A DNA stretch of 64,000 nucleotides, taken from the human T2T-CHM13v2.0 reference genome, Homo sapiens. This document shows, in pieces, positions 1 to 15,094 of this stretch. The stretch lies in NCBI RefSeq assembly GCF_009914755.1, contig NC_060936.1; one strand, given 5' to 3'. The notes beneath the pieces are model-generated. The model saw nothing but the letters and a program-made list of their open reading frames with translations, was not told the DNA's origin and did no database searches. Numbering within the stretch: position 1 is the stretch's first letter; each line of letters starts with the position of its first letter. The position numbers and the translations under genes are program-made.

Positions 1-1009
1 GCAGCACTTGAGCACCTTCTGTGCTTTTCAGCTCAGCCTTGGAGCAGTTTTATTCCATAAATATTATTATATTTTATATTATATATCATATATAAGTGTA
101 TTATAAAAGGCAAAATTGTGACCTGTTGGGTCTTGGACTCAGAACCCATGCTATGGAAAAAGGGACTTCACCCAGTAATAAAATGCTTTGGGATTAGTCC
201 CATCAAAAAGATAAAAATCTTAAATTGCAAGCATCATAAGAGATCTAACTTTATTTAATCGTGGACACGTTTCCTGCTCTAACTTTTTAAAGATGGTCTG
301 CATTTGAAAAGAATTAGGACAATCCTGTATCTTTGATCAACTTGAAAGTCTCTTTAGGGGAAGATATTTAACACTCTGGTTTTTAAACAGAAATCTAAAT
401 ATGCATCAGCTAATAGTTTCCTACATTAAGCAGTATCAACTTTGCCATTTCATGACATCCAAATGAATAGGAGACCTGTTTTATGCTTAAAAGTGACTAT
501 CTGTGAACTAAACACACTTGACTGAGAGGTTTTTATGTGTCATTATTTTTGACACAGCTTGTCATTAGTTTTAACTTTGACCTGATTGCAATGAGGAATT
601 TGGTTGTGCAAGCTTGCCTATTGTTTATCTATACTCAGACTTAATTATTGCTTCCCAGGTCAGTCATCACCATTTTAAGTGGAAAGAAATGGCTTTAACC
701 CTTGGGATGATTCCCACAGAGTTTATTTTGTGTACTTGGATCATGAGGTCAGATGCATAGAAAAAGTGGTCACAGTACTCCTGGGGTGGGGGTGGGGTGA
801 AGTGCAGTCCAGCTACTTGGTGGAGGAGAAAAGTGCGAGGCTTTCTCTCTTGTAGAATCACCTTAGTGGAGATGCGTGAGTCAAAAACTAAGGGGCAGAA
901 GAACGGCCATTGTATGGTGTCTCAGAAGAGTCCTTCTTTCCGTTTCCCCACTATAAAGCTTTTTTTTTTTTTTTTTTTAATTTTCACCATTAAATTCCTT
1001 ACAGTGGGA

Positions 1010-1140
1010 GGCACTATTGATACGATGGGCAGGGTAATTTTTCTCTTGTGTCTAATTCCTGGCTATTGCAGGATGTTTAGCATCTCTGACTTTCTTCCCC
1101 CAATTATTTTGGCAACAACAATGTCTCCAGAATGTTCAAA
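1010..1140 (-). mobile_element. MER20-like hAT-Charlie DNA transposon fragment
   Basis: GCACTATTGA...ATTGCAGGATGTTTAGCATC...AATGTCTCCAGA resembles the reverse complement of MER20. Confidence 0.6.
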
Positions 1141-1369
1141 ATTTACTAAACACATTAACCTGGTTAGTAGAGAACAAAGCATGACTCAGATGAGAAGGCC
1201 AGAGAAATTTTCTTGGGAAAAGAGAAGAGAGGGAAGCTTCAGATTCTGCTATAGATCATGTCAAGTGGTAGAGGTGCTAAAAATTTCTGTGGAGGAGCAC
1301 CAGCAATGAACCTTGCCTACTAGAATTTAGCTGAATGTGTCCCTTGTTAGGTGGGGAGGGGGGAAGGAA

Positions 1370-1530
1370 TAACATTTCTTGAGTAACTACTATGTGCCAG
1401 CAATTTGTAGTAATTATCCAACCTACTCATCATTATTCTGTGAATTAGGTATAATTATTCAACTTTCATATAAGGAACTTAGGGCTGACAGTGACAAAGT
1501 TGGGATAGGAATCCCTGACTGCTAAAACTG
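1370..1530 (-). mobile_element. MIR SINE fragment
   Basis: AACATTTCTTGAGTAACTACTATGTGCCAG... antisense MIR 3' part and core. Confidence 0.6.
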
Positions 1531-1899
1531 AAGCTGTCTCTCTTTAAAGATTTGAACTCATTATGAAACTTCCTCTGCATTCTAAGTTCAATGTTTTTCT
1601 TGTCATCCTGGGTGTTCAAGATCATATAAACAGATAAGGAAACTAGGGTTCTGTTACTTAACTTGAACAACTTACCTCTACCATGAACCTGGTAGAAGAT
1701 GCCAATCAGAGCTGGGCCTGCTTAAGTGCTTGCAGCTACAATTACTGTATAATTCCTGACAACATTAGGCCTTGCTTTATACCGTGATGGCCATCATTTC
1801 CTTCTCAAAACTGACCCGTGCAGAGTGACTTGATAAGGTATTCATGATACCATGATGGGCTGGAACTTGGGTCTGGGGTTCAGTGGCAGAGACTGGACA

Positions 1900-2480
1900 G
1901 GTGTTAGATAAACCTGTTTCCCTTTGCACCAGGACATACGACTAGACTACATTCCTCCGTTCCTTGTGGTTAGGAGTAGTCATAAACTAGATTTTGGCAA
2001 ATGGAATGTGACTGAAAGTTATGTACATCACTTCCAGGCCTGGCCTATAAAATCCTCCCTGGGGATTCTCCATCATCCTTCCTCCCTGTCTGCTGGATAA
2101 ATTTTGGCACCAAATGACCTTGAAAACCATGTGTTGTATGTGCCAGAGCCTTTATCACCCTGGGTCCCTCTGAAGCAAACTCCCTTTTTCAGACCCTCCC
2201 ACTGTTGATTGGATTTTATACACTGGGTTCAGCTCACTAGTGTGCTTAAATTAACTATCTGGCTTTCACTGGCTGGCAAGAGCTGACTGTTAAATTTGCA
2301 GGAATTGTGTAAGCCAGTTGACATCAAGTTGATAGCTTGGAATCAGTGTGATTGGAGCACTTACAATACAGAGGTTGGCAAGTGCTATACATCAGGGCTT
2401 TTATTGCAGAGAGTCATTTTACCAGCACACCACTGGTTAAGCCACTGAAAAGTATTATTATGTAGGTAGCATTATCATAA
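1900..2480 (+). mobile_element. MLT1-family MaLR LTR, interrupted by MER63
   Basis: TTTGGCAAATGGAATGTG...ACTTCCAGGCCTGGCC and 3' GTTAAGCCACTGA motifs typical of MLT1. Confidence 0.65.
2235..2435. mobile_element. MER63-family hAT DNA transposon
   Basis: Ends CACTAGTGTGCT... and ...TTTACCAGCACACCACTG (TIR); degenerate 8-bp TSD GTTCAGCT (2227-2234) / GTTAAGCC (2436-2443). Confidence 0.75.
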
Positions 2481-2489
2481 TTTATATTC

Positions 2490-2930
2490 TGTGACACAAA
2501 GTGTTGTTCTGCCTTAAGACAACCTAAAAGGTGTGAAATTGGCTTAGAGGTTGGTGGAAGGTGGCAAGAGGTGGGATTTGAGGAAATGAATGTCAGAGAC
2601 AGGAAAAACAGGAGCATGTTATGCAGTGACAAGACAATTGGTAAAACGTTGTCTGTGATAACTTGGAAGGCAATGTGCCCATGTAGCCCATACCTCTAGG
2701 GGAGATGGTTGGAAAACAGAATGGTAGTAGTGTGTATTGGCTATTAGTAGCTGAAGTTAAAAAGTATTAGACAATAAGAGATAAAACCCAGGCAAACACT
2801 GACTTGTTTATAAATAGAAATAAAGAGGAATAGCATCCAGAAATAAAGGACTTGTAAAATTTTAAAAAGTTTACTACTTTAAGACCCCAAATAGTAGGAA
2901 ATAAGACAGGAATAACTTTTATATAACAAA
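2490..2930 (+). mobile_element. MLT1 internal (MaLR-int) remnant
   Basis: Directly follows the LTR; ACAACCTAAAAGGTGTGAAATTGGCTT and ACTTGGAAGGCA motifs resemble MLT-int. Confidence 0.5.
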
Positions 2931-3062
2931 GCCTCCATTAAAAAGTAAATCTATACTCAGGTTTTTTTTTTTTTCAATCATCACAAATACTTTTAAGATG
3001 TGAAGTGTTTGAATGCATTTAGATTTTGAGTTTCATTTTGAATCACTTGAAAAATAAAATTA

Positions 3063-3965
<903 letters not shown>

Positions 3966-4219
3966 TGCTGGGGAGTGAGAGAATCACAGCTCAATTCATT
4001 TAAGAACCCATCTTAAATGATCTAGAGAAATTTGTTACCTTAAAGTGATGTTTTGAAGTTAGTGCATTCATTTTCTACTAGTCTAAGCCCAAAACCTGTT
4101 ATCCAGGTAATAACCAGAATACAGTCTATAGGGCAAGAAGTCCTGAAGGGATACCTGGAGAAATTTAGAGAGAAACAAAGACTTCTTACTGGATAAGACT
4201 AGGCGAGAATTCATGGCCA

Positions 4220-4500
4220 TCCATTTATCCAGTGAACATTTGTCGAAGGCCTTCTATGTGTCAAGAACCATTCAAATCACTAAGGAGATAAAAATGAATC
4301 ATTTACTTTTGCTCTCAAGGAAACTGAAGGTGGTGGTGAGGATGAGGGTTGGAGGTGAATAGAGAGGCATCTGTATGTTTACGAACTGTTACTATAGACC
4401 AGTGATAGGGGAACAGTGCTTGTGGAGTGCTGAAGTTGATGGTGTCTCATTCTACTTGGGACAGTTGTGAAAAGTGGAGAAAATTTGACCTGAATCTTCT
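4220..4500 (-). mobile_element. L2 LINE 3' fragment
   Basis: CATCCATTTATCCAGTGAACATTTGTCGAAGGCCTTCTATGTGTCAAG, antisense L2 3' end. Confidence 0.55.
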
Positions 4501-5245
4501 CTTATGAAAAATCAAGAGTCAAGTTCCTAGCAGAGGTGGGGCTGCCAGCCCGGCTTTACTGACTCAGAAATCTAGTGCTCTTTCCATAAAACAATTCAAC
4601 TTTTTTAGATTAAATTGTGTTGTACACATTACGAATAGATTGCGAGTTCAGCTGTTAAAATTCCTTGTGAATTTTTTTTGTTCTTTAAATCCTGGAGAGA
4701 TGTAGGCAAAGGTTTTGATTAGATATATTAACAAGGGACTGGGAGAGCATGCAAACAGACCATCTTCAGATTATGCAGAAGTCTTATTGGATCTGAGAAC
4801 TTCAGTTTCCTTAACTAAACTTTTACAAGAGCTGCTAACAAGGTATCACAGAGATTTGTTTTCATTTTGTTGCTTTCCTTTTGCTTAGCAATTATCTGAG
4901 GGAAATTGTAATATAATGGCCAAAAAGGTAAACATAAAAAATTAAGGACATGAATTATCTAGTAGTCCAGAAATTAGGAATTAAAGACATGTGCTTTTCT
5001 TAGGATCTCAAAAATTCGTGATCCTAAAACAGTTGACCCTGAATATTTAACACAGAATTTGTTTCCTCCTCCATCTCTTATAAACTTTGATTTGGTCCAG
5101 AGTTCTTGGAGCCTGACGAAGATGAAGAGCAATGATTACTTAACTCCACTTTGTCAAAAATCTCAAATTTTTCTGATATTTCTGGTAACTGTAAAGGTGG
5201 CAAAACATTCTTAAAATGAGAAACTTTTAAGTTAAACTCATTTTA

Positions 5246-5597
<352 letters not shown>

Positions 5598-6469
5598 TTA
5601 AGAGAAAAAGAAAGATGCTGCTAAATGGAACAAATGGTCAGTGTGCTTTTGCCATCCCTGGCATATGGGTTGGGATGATGAAAAGCTTTAACGAATTGTG
5701 GACTACTAGTGAAGTTTCTTGCCTCTGGAAACTTTATCAAAATCTATTTCCCAAACCTTGTCTTAAAGCTGTCATCTGATGAATCATGTTCTGATGTGAC
5801 ATGTGTTGTACTGAGAGCCAAGGTGAATTTGTCCTCATTTTATGTGTCTTCCTAAGCCTGGGACAGCTCATGGAGAGCAGTGCACCACCCGTCTCAATGA
5901 TCTTCATGCTATAACAAATGTAAGTTTGTAATCAGATAGCTACTGCTGGCCAGGTATGACAAAATGCTAATTCTAATTATAAATTATATTTTCAAATGCG
6001 TTTCACAGTTTATAACTGAGTGAGAAATGCTTAATTCTCGCCATGTGAACTTCCAGATTGCTATGTTGAGTGGTGCAGATGTAGCTTTCTTAAGAACCTT
6101 TGAAGCCAAAATTCAGCTTTTACGTCAAAACATCTTACTCTTGTAGTAAACATACATGAGAAGCAGGGGTCTGTCTTAGCATCCTGAAAATGCTTTCTGT
6201 CTCTATTGAACACACATTTTGAGTGACATAGCATACTTAACCATTTGGATCTAAAAGTCTGCAGAGGAATTTGTGGATAAAAAGGGATAGGCCTATCTGG
6301 CAGCTATTCATTCGTAAAAGTTATTGGATTCTGAATTAGATGCAGGCAGTATTTATTTCGTGGTCTAGTGAATTTGAATTCTACACTAGATATCATGTAG
6401 ATTCTTATGGTAGGATGATATCCTTGAAAAATCCCAGAACCCTAAACAAATAAATTAATCAATTGATTG

Positions 6470-6960
6470 ATTTAATGACTTCTTATTGCTTTTAGGATGA
6501 AGCCTAAAGTTTTTGACTAGAATACTACAGTCTCAGGGTCTCTCCAGACTCATCTGACCTTATTCTTCTCTTTCTGTGAACCAGCCACATGAAACCAGAC
6601 CTAGTTTCTTGAATGTTCTGTCCTGCCCCAAGGTCTTTGTACTGGCTGTTTCCCCCGCCCAGGAACTTCTTCTTGGTGCCCTAGTTCATTGCGTTCCTTC
6701 CTTTAGATTTCACCTCAAATGGCAATTCTGCTGAGAAGCTGTGTTTTACAAACTGTTGTGTACTACATTCACACTGTGTAACTCTCTTTCATTGTGGTTA
6801 TCACATTGTGTAATTATTCACTTACTCGTGTGACTATTTGGTTGGTGTCTGGCTCCTGCACAGGACTATGCAAGAGCAGAGTGCACTGTTTTTTTGCTTA
6901 TTGTTATATTCTCGGTGTCCAGAATAGTGTCAGGTTTTCAAAGATATTTGTTGAATAAAA
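6470..6960 (+). mobile_element. L2 LINE 3' region
   Basis: Ends ...CAGAATAGTGTCAGG...AGATATTTGTTGAATAAA, the L2 3' terminus. Confidence 0.65.
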
Positions 6961-7404
6961 ATATTGCCTAAAGCACCTAGCAGAGTGTCTGATATACAGT
7001 AGGCACTAAGTAAGAAGTAGTTATCAGATTAGCCATTTAAAATACCAAGGAATCTAAATGTTGTTTTATATATTTTTGTCTTGCTTTGTGATTACTTTGA
7101 CTTTATGCTTCCCTTGACTTTCTGGATGAACCTAGAAAGTTACCTCCTTGGTGCCTCAATTTTCTCCAGAACGGGGCAATAAGATAGCAGTGGCTGCATT
7201 ACCGAATCCCTGAGGAAGCGTGAATGCTGAATTGATGGTAAGGTGTGAGTGTATTTTGGAAGAAATAATTCTTGTACTGAATAAATCAATGGACATTAGT
7301 ATTGGGCCCTAGTCTCTTCCTCTCATTCTTTTACATCTGTAGAGAGGTCTCCATCCCTCTCTCTCTTCACTTCAGTCTCAGTGCCTTTAAAGGGAAGGTG
7401 GCAG

Positions 7405-7640
7405 GGCAGTAACTTTTATTTTCACTTCCTCTGTGCCAGGCCATTTGACATACACTATTTCATTTTTAATACTCGTACCTACCACTTGAGATAGATATTT
7501 TGATCCTGATTTTATGGATAAGAAAATAGAGGCCCAAAGAGGATAAGAAATTTGCCTGAGGTAACCTAGATAATAAATGAGGTAGTTAGGATTTAAGTAA
7601 GTAAATGTCTCTTTTACTGAAATCTGATGATGTCACCCAC
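7405..7640 (-). mobile_element. MIR SINE
   Basis: ATTTTATGGATAAGAAAATAGAGGCCCAAAGAGGATAAGAAATTTGCCTGAGGT, antisense MIR core. Confidence 0.75.
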
Positions 7641-8714
7641 TATTCTAGAGAGATTTTGAGTGTCTCTAATACCTGGAAGGCTTCATTGCCCACTCAATTC
7701 CAACAGGGTGTTTTAGCAGCGTAGAAGCTGAGACCCCACTCTTTCCGGTGACTGGAGTGAGGAGGCAGCTTTCCTCTCAGGCGTGTTTGCCTGCCTCGAT
7801 TTACTAAAGAACCTCTGGGAAGAAGTGTTGACACAGCCAGACTGATAAAAATATTTCTGGCGGAGTAGCGTAACCCAAATGAAGTTGGAGTTTGAGCTGG
7901 TTGGAGACCCCGGAGACCTCTGGAGAGGGGTTGTGGAAGAGGGAGGCTGGTACAGGGAGTCAGACCCTGCCTTGACCTGGAGGTCAGAGTGAGAAGCATG
8001 ACCTCTTCTTGCTTCCCCATCTGTCATGGGGGCTCACTCCAGCCCCAGAGCCCTGGGAAAAAGCATCACCTGTGGAGAGGAAGCCTGCCAATAAACCACG
8101 TGGCTGTGAACCCAAGTGAAGGTAATGCAGAAAGAATCATATCTTTTCATGCAACTCTTGTGTGGCGTGCCAGTTTTACTGTCAGAATTTTCAGGGAGCA
8201 ATGTTATAGGAGCAGAAATTCTGATCCACAGTTGACTTCTGTGGGGTGTTAGAGTTGTGTGGCCGTGGTTCATCTGAGAGTGGTGGAAAACAATGGCCCA
8301 GTAGATTTATCCTGAAGATTCCTTGACATATTTGTGGCAGAAGGAGGACTTCCTAAGCATTCACACATCTTTTGGAGTCAACGACAATGATCTGTTAATG
8401 CTGGTAGGGGTCTATCTGTATTCACCATTTAGTGAATCCTGAAACTTTCAGGTTCCAAACTGGACAACAGGATTAATGAGCCAGATTTCACAGGCAGGTT
8501 CTATTAGGCACAGGGGCCTGGGGCTGTGAGAGGGGACACATGAAACTTTAGCATTTATGTGAATTTTTACTTTCTCTTAATTAAGAAACTCCACATTGAA
8601 CAGAATACTCCTTTAAGATTCTGACCAGTTTGTGATTATAAGCGGAGAAGGACTAATTCAGGTTTCCATAGTACAGTAAATAAAAATAATTGGACTAGAG
8701 TCAGAAGATGAGGT

Positions 8715-8990
8715 CAAGATAAATGAATCTATTTAGTAAATATTTATACAAATTTAGCATTCTACTAGATGCTGGGGTTAAACTGGTGGGTTCATGAAGC
8801 TTATGGACTAGTGGGGAAAGAGTGACATTAAAATATATTATACCATCTTGTATAATTAAAGAATTACATACAAATGTAAAATTACTGGAGTGGTAAGTGC
8901 TATGGTGAAGTCAGTGGTGCCAGGAGAGCACTGATGAATAGGGGAATCTGGCTTAGCTGGGGAGGTCAGTCAGGTTTACTGATAAAAACA
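8715..8990 (-). mobile_element. L2 LINE fragment
   Basis: TTTAGTAAATATTTAT...TTCATGAAGCTTATGGACTAGTGGGG, antisense L2. Confidence 0.55.
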
Positions 8991-9379
8991 AATGTCTATG
9001 TGAGCATTTGGATTCAGCGGCGTGGGTAGCTGGCAAAGCACTTTTAGAAAGTGGGGCCAGGAAGGCCTAAAGCTCAGTGAGAAGAGGAATCAAGCACTTC
9101 CTAGTCTTGCTGCCCCAGACCTAGGATGATGAACTGGTAGATTCCTTGATTTCTCTTTAAATTGAATAGTCCATGAGTTATCTACATTTAAAAATGTTTT
9201 CTGATCACATGTGAGAACATGAGTTTGACTTTCCTCACATCCTAGCTTTAGGAACTTCCTAATTTATGAAACAGGGATGCAAATATCTGTTTTACCGACC
9301 TTCCCGTTAATGTGCAGATTGATACAAATAATATGGCCTCTATATTATTCTAGGAAGAAAAGTAAGATACTTTCCTCAT

Positions 9380-10165
9380 TGTGGAATAATGGGAAGTATA
9401 TATTTAGTCCTTGTCCCCTGTCAGTTGCTGGCACAGAGCTCCTAAAATCTGTGGAATTTCCTGAGTGATAAGGGTGGCAGGAGCTTCTTTTGTTCTAATG
9501 AGGTGACTCTTGGGAGGACCTCTAGATAACTTCAGGGTGGGGGCCAGTCACCAGAAAGGCCAAGTCTTGATTAGGAGCTTGGAACTTTCAGCCCCACCCT
9601 CTGACCTCCAGGGAGGGCAGAGGAAATGAAGATTTAGTTCAGTCACCAATGGCTAGTGATCTAATCAATCATGCCTCTGTCATGAAGCTTCCATAAAACC
9701 CCCTAAACCACCCGGTTTGGAGAGCTTCTGGTTGGCATTCATATCAAGATCCTGGGAGGGTGGCGAACCCAGAGAAGGCATGGAAGCTCCATGCCCCTTC
9801 CCCACATCTTGCCCTGTGCATCTCTTCCATTTGGCTGTTCCCAAGTTATATTCTTTACAATAAACTGGTAATAGTATGTAAAGTGCTTTCTGAGTTCCAT
9901 GAGTCGTTCTAGCAAATTATTGAACCTGATAGAGGGATCTTAGGAAGCTCTGAATTTGCAGTTAGCCAGGTAGACAGGTGAGTAGCCTGGGCACCCTGTT
10001 TGCAGTGTCTGAAGTAGGGACAGTCTTGTTGGACTGAGCCCTTAATCTGTAGAGTGGGCTAACTCTGAATGATCAGAATTGAATTGAATTGTTGGACACC
10101 CAGTTGGTGTTGAAGAATCAGAGAACTGGTTGAGGTAGAAATAAACCTCCCACTTTTTAATGTCC
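9380..10165 (+). mobile_element. MER21-family (ERVL) solo LTR
   Basis: GCACAGAGCTCCTAAAA, GGAACTTTCAGCCCCACCC, AATCAATCATGCC, AATAAA near 9859, GAATTGTTGGACACCCAGTTGGTGT. Confidence 0.85.
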
Positions 10166-10924
10166 AATTTCAACCTGATCCATCTGAAGGTAACAATTTT
10201 AGGCCATGAACATTAGGCTAATATGACTCTCTCACAAGGTGGTAAAATTAGCATGTTTCAACACATTGTTCTCTGGGAAAATGTTTCAGAATTCTCATGG
10301 TGGACAGCTGGTGACACTCAGGGAACTAAGAATAGAGAGCTGTCGTCATGTCACCTACAAATGCAATCAAGGGACCTTTCATGTTGGGGTTGCATAACAG
10401 TTTTCGTCTGGCCCGTTTGCCCAATTTATGTTTTTAAATGAATGACTTGAAATTAATACTTATTAAACTATTTTATTCATGGAAATATACAAATCTCTTC
10501 AAAGCCTGTACTACAGAAAAATGGCCATGCAAGGTGGACTACCTGAATGGATGCTGGGTAAGGAGCTTTGAGACCTGCACTCTGGCTACAGTTTTGTTAC
10601 AAATGTGCAGGCTGGTATAAATAATATCCAGACCCTTCAAGAAGCACATCCAGACCTCTTCTGTTTAAAACTTTCTGCTTGGTATCACAGATTCTCTTGC
10701 CTATCTCTCTGTCTCCAGTATATTCTGACTTTCAGCAGCCTATCGATACAACTGTGGTAATATCAATGAACTGTTAGTCGAAAATCTCATCAGCTCACAA
10801 AGAAAGTCCAGTCTTTTCCTAGGAGTCCTTTGTTCAAATAGTTCCATGGTGCCTGCAAGTCAATCCTCAGCATCTGCACCACAGCAGTGGAGGGGAAACC
10901 TAGAGTGGCCCCTGAAGGCCCAAT

Positions 10925-11305
10925 CTTTTGGCCATAAAAAAGTACTACAGACTGGGTGGTTTGAAAAACAGAAATTTATTTTCTCATAGTTTTTGAGGCT
11001 GGAAAGTTCAAGATCAAGGTGCCAGCAGGGCTCTCTTCCTGGCTTGCTGATGGCTACCTTCTTGCTATGGCCTCACATGGTAGGAGAAGAGGTGGGAGAG
11101 ACCTAGGTAGAGATAGAGAAAGAGAGAGAGAAAGAGAGATCGTCCTTGTCTTATAGGGCCACAGTCCTATTGGATTAGGGGTCCATCCTTATGACCCCAT
11201 TTGACCTTAATTAAGGACACTCTCCAAAAGAACCTATCTCCAGATAAAATTACATTGGGGGTTTGGGCTTCAACATGTGAACCTTGGGGGGACACAATTC
11301 ACAGA
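10925..11305 (-). mobile_element. MLT1A/B-like MaLR LTR
   Basis: CAGACTGGGTGGTTTGAAAAACAGAAATTTATTTTCTCATAG...GGCTTCAACATGTGAA...GGGGACACAATTCA. Confidence 0.8.
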
Positions 11306-11309
11306 ACCA

Positions 11310-12551
<1,242 letters not shown>

Positions 12552-12575
12552 GCTACATTAAAAAATCTAAAATGA

Positions 12576-12851
12576 GGCTAGGCGTGATGGCTCACTCCTG
12601 TAATCCCAGTGCTTTGGGAGGCTGAGGCAGGCAGATCACTTGAGGTCAGGAGTTCGAGACTAGCCTGTCTAACAGAGCAAAATTACAAAAATTAGCTGGG
12701 CATAGTGGCATGTGCCTGTAGTCCCAGCTACTAGGAAGGCTGAGGCAGGAGAACTGCTTGAACCCAAGAGGTGGGGTGGCAGTGAGCTGAGATTGTAGCA
12801 CTGCACTCCAGCCTGGGTGATGGAGACTCTGTCTCAAAAAAAAAAAAAAAA
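12576..12851 (+). mobile_element. AluS (Sx/Sz-like) with short left-arm deletion
   Basis: GATCACTTGAGGTCAGGAGTTCGAGAC; TSD AAAAAATCTAAAATGA / AAAAAACCTAAAATGA. Confidence 0.9.
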
Positions 12852-13039
12852 CCTAAAATGAGACTGGTGAAATGATTTAATATTTTAACGCAATATATTA
12901 AAATATTTTAACATGCAATCAATATAGAAGTTATTAATTATATATATGTAAAATTTCCTAATAAGCCTTTATAGCACATCTCATTTCAGATTAGGCACAT
13001 TTCAGGTACTCAGTGCTGACCTGCAGTCAGCATTGGGTG

Positions 13040-13445
13040 AATGGTGGGATACAGTAGGAAGTGGTAGGGAGAACTGGGTGACGGAGACAATAGTCATTCG
13101 TTACAATCATTGACATGGGGATTTTTTTTTTGGAGAGGGCACTCGTGAATTCTATTTTGGACACATAAAGGGGCTGTCCAGCAGGAAGGTAAGAATGAGG
13201 GTCTGGAATTCAAGGAGGGGTTAGACTGGAGGGCAAAATGTAGAATCGTTTTGTGAGATGGTGGGACCCGTGATCATGGCCGAGGACAGAACCTTGGGAA
13301 CACCTATGTTGAGAGGGCAGGGGGAAGAAGGGAAGACTGAGGAGGAGACAGAGAGGAAAGCAAGGGAACTTCTTAGATGGGAGAGAAATGGTAGCAGCTG
13401 GTGGGAGGAAGGCCCAGCAGTCCAATCCCAGCAGTGTCTCCCAGG
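13040..13445 (-). mobile_element. L2 LINE segment
   Basis: GAATTCTATTTTGGACA, GAGGACAGAACCTTGGGAACACC, GGAGACAGAGAGGA; continuation of the 11310 L2. Confidence 0.65.
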
Positions 13446-13864
13446 TAACCATGAAGCGTCTCTTCCCCAGTCTGGCATATCTCACTCCAGATTGAACGTG
13501 ATTACTCAGTCTTCCACACAGGGGTGCTTTTTAGCCCTCAGTGGGAGTGGGAGTGGGAAGATGCTTATTTACAAAACTGTTTATCTTTAAAGAGTAACAT
13601 TACAGCTGTATCTACCAAGTGGGTTTGGGATTCGGCAATTACGTGGCTAATTTGACGAGTACAGAGAGCAGAAGGGGATGTGCCAGTACCCTTTTTCATT
13701 AACCCCTAAGGAATTTATCTCTACAGGGATTAAGTTAACTGAGTAATTGTCAGGTCTTCCTCCAGTGTGGCTGTATTTTAAATGATATATGACTTTGTAC
13801 TTGTTTGGGACAAACGATCCCATTTCCTTCCTAGATCCTTGCTTCTAACCTTTGAAAGAGGTGG

Positions 13865-14095
13865 TTCTGTATAATAGGTGAGTGTTCGCTTGGGAATCAG
13901 GCTGCTAGGTTCAAATCCTGGGTCTGCCTCTTGCTAAATATTTGGCTTTGAGTTATTTAACCTCTTTGTGCCTCAGTTTCTCATCAGAAAAATGGGGACA
14001 GCATTCACTTCCTATTCACGTATTCCCAGTATTCACTGAACAGTATTCACTTGTTATAGTTGTTGGGAGGATTAAGTGAATATATATGTGGATAC
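13865..14095 (+). mobile_element. MIR SINE
   Basis: GGTTCAAATCCTGG...TTATTTAACCTCTTTGTGCCTCAGTTTCTCATC...AAAATGGGGA. Confidence 0.8.
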
Positions 14096-15094
14096 TTATA
14101 TCTACATACACATCCTTCCTCTGAATCTTTCCCAAGCATTTGGAACATTCTGTCTCTAAGATGAATAGGGTCACAATATGAAATGTGACAAGATGAAATG
14201 ACTTCTCTGGTGATTAGATAGTTTATTTCTTCTATTACTTAAGATCGTTCTATCTCCAGCTTCTCTCAATCCAATGCTTCCATTGCCAGCGTTGCTCTAA
14301 AATGTGGAGAATTTGTTTGCATTTCATCTATAACATAGTGTTTAGTCACAGACAACTCTACCGCTAAAGACCTGCTTGAATAATCCCTGGTGTAACTGAC
14401 TCTAGCCAGATTATTATTATTTTTAATTAGAAAAAGGTGAAAAGATCAAACACACCTAGACTGATATTTATATTGCTATGTTGTACAGCTATTTTCCATT
14501 TTATAACTTCATTCAAGCCAAGGAGTAAAGACAAAAACTTTGCAGAATTAAAACAGTTTTGCAAGACTCAAATAGCATATTACCAACAGACATTTCCTTC
14601 TTACTCTTTAAGAAAATGACTTCTTGTGCTTTGGTACTGAGTACAAGTGAGAAAAGAAGCCATTTGAATATCTTCATGTTTTATTCTCTGATTTATTTGC
14701 ACCAAAAAAGTCCCTATGTGTAGAAATGGAAAATTGTGTTTTTCTCATTCCCATAACTGTTAAGATTAAATTGAAAATGTACACACACAAGCAGACATTT
14801 TAAAGACCGCCCATTTCCATTTTAGGGATTTTGTTTATTTGCTTATTTGTTTGCTTTTTTTGTCCACTCGGTACCTAGGAAACGAACGGCCATTTCTTGC
14901 AAAATTCTGTGAGGTTGGAACTTCTTTATTCTACTCCACAGATGACACCTAGAGAATACCATCTACTTCCGAGTCCAGATTATCAGCTGATTAAGATAAT
15001 CAAGCACGGTAGTTTCCTTAAAAAGATCTCAGGGCTATACAATAATACTCTATTTATAGTTTCCTAGAGCTTCGTGGTAAGTGCATGATTGAGA

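Noticed and set aside
870-1190. Two AP-1 sites (TGAGTCA/TGACTCA), with others near 4560, 26554, 30574 and 30782
   Set aside because: The count is about what a 7-mer gives by chance in 64 kb.
797-1309. 170-aa ORF
   Set aside because: Non-ATG start, runs through a T19 tract and a MER20 relic, no recognisable domain.
7694-8273. Four overlapping ORFs of 79-108 aa
   Set aside because: No recognisable protein similarity or exon structure; expected in locally GC-richer DNA.
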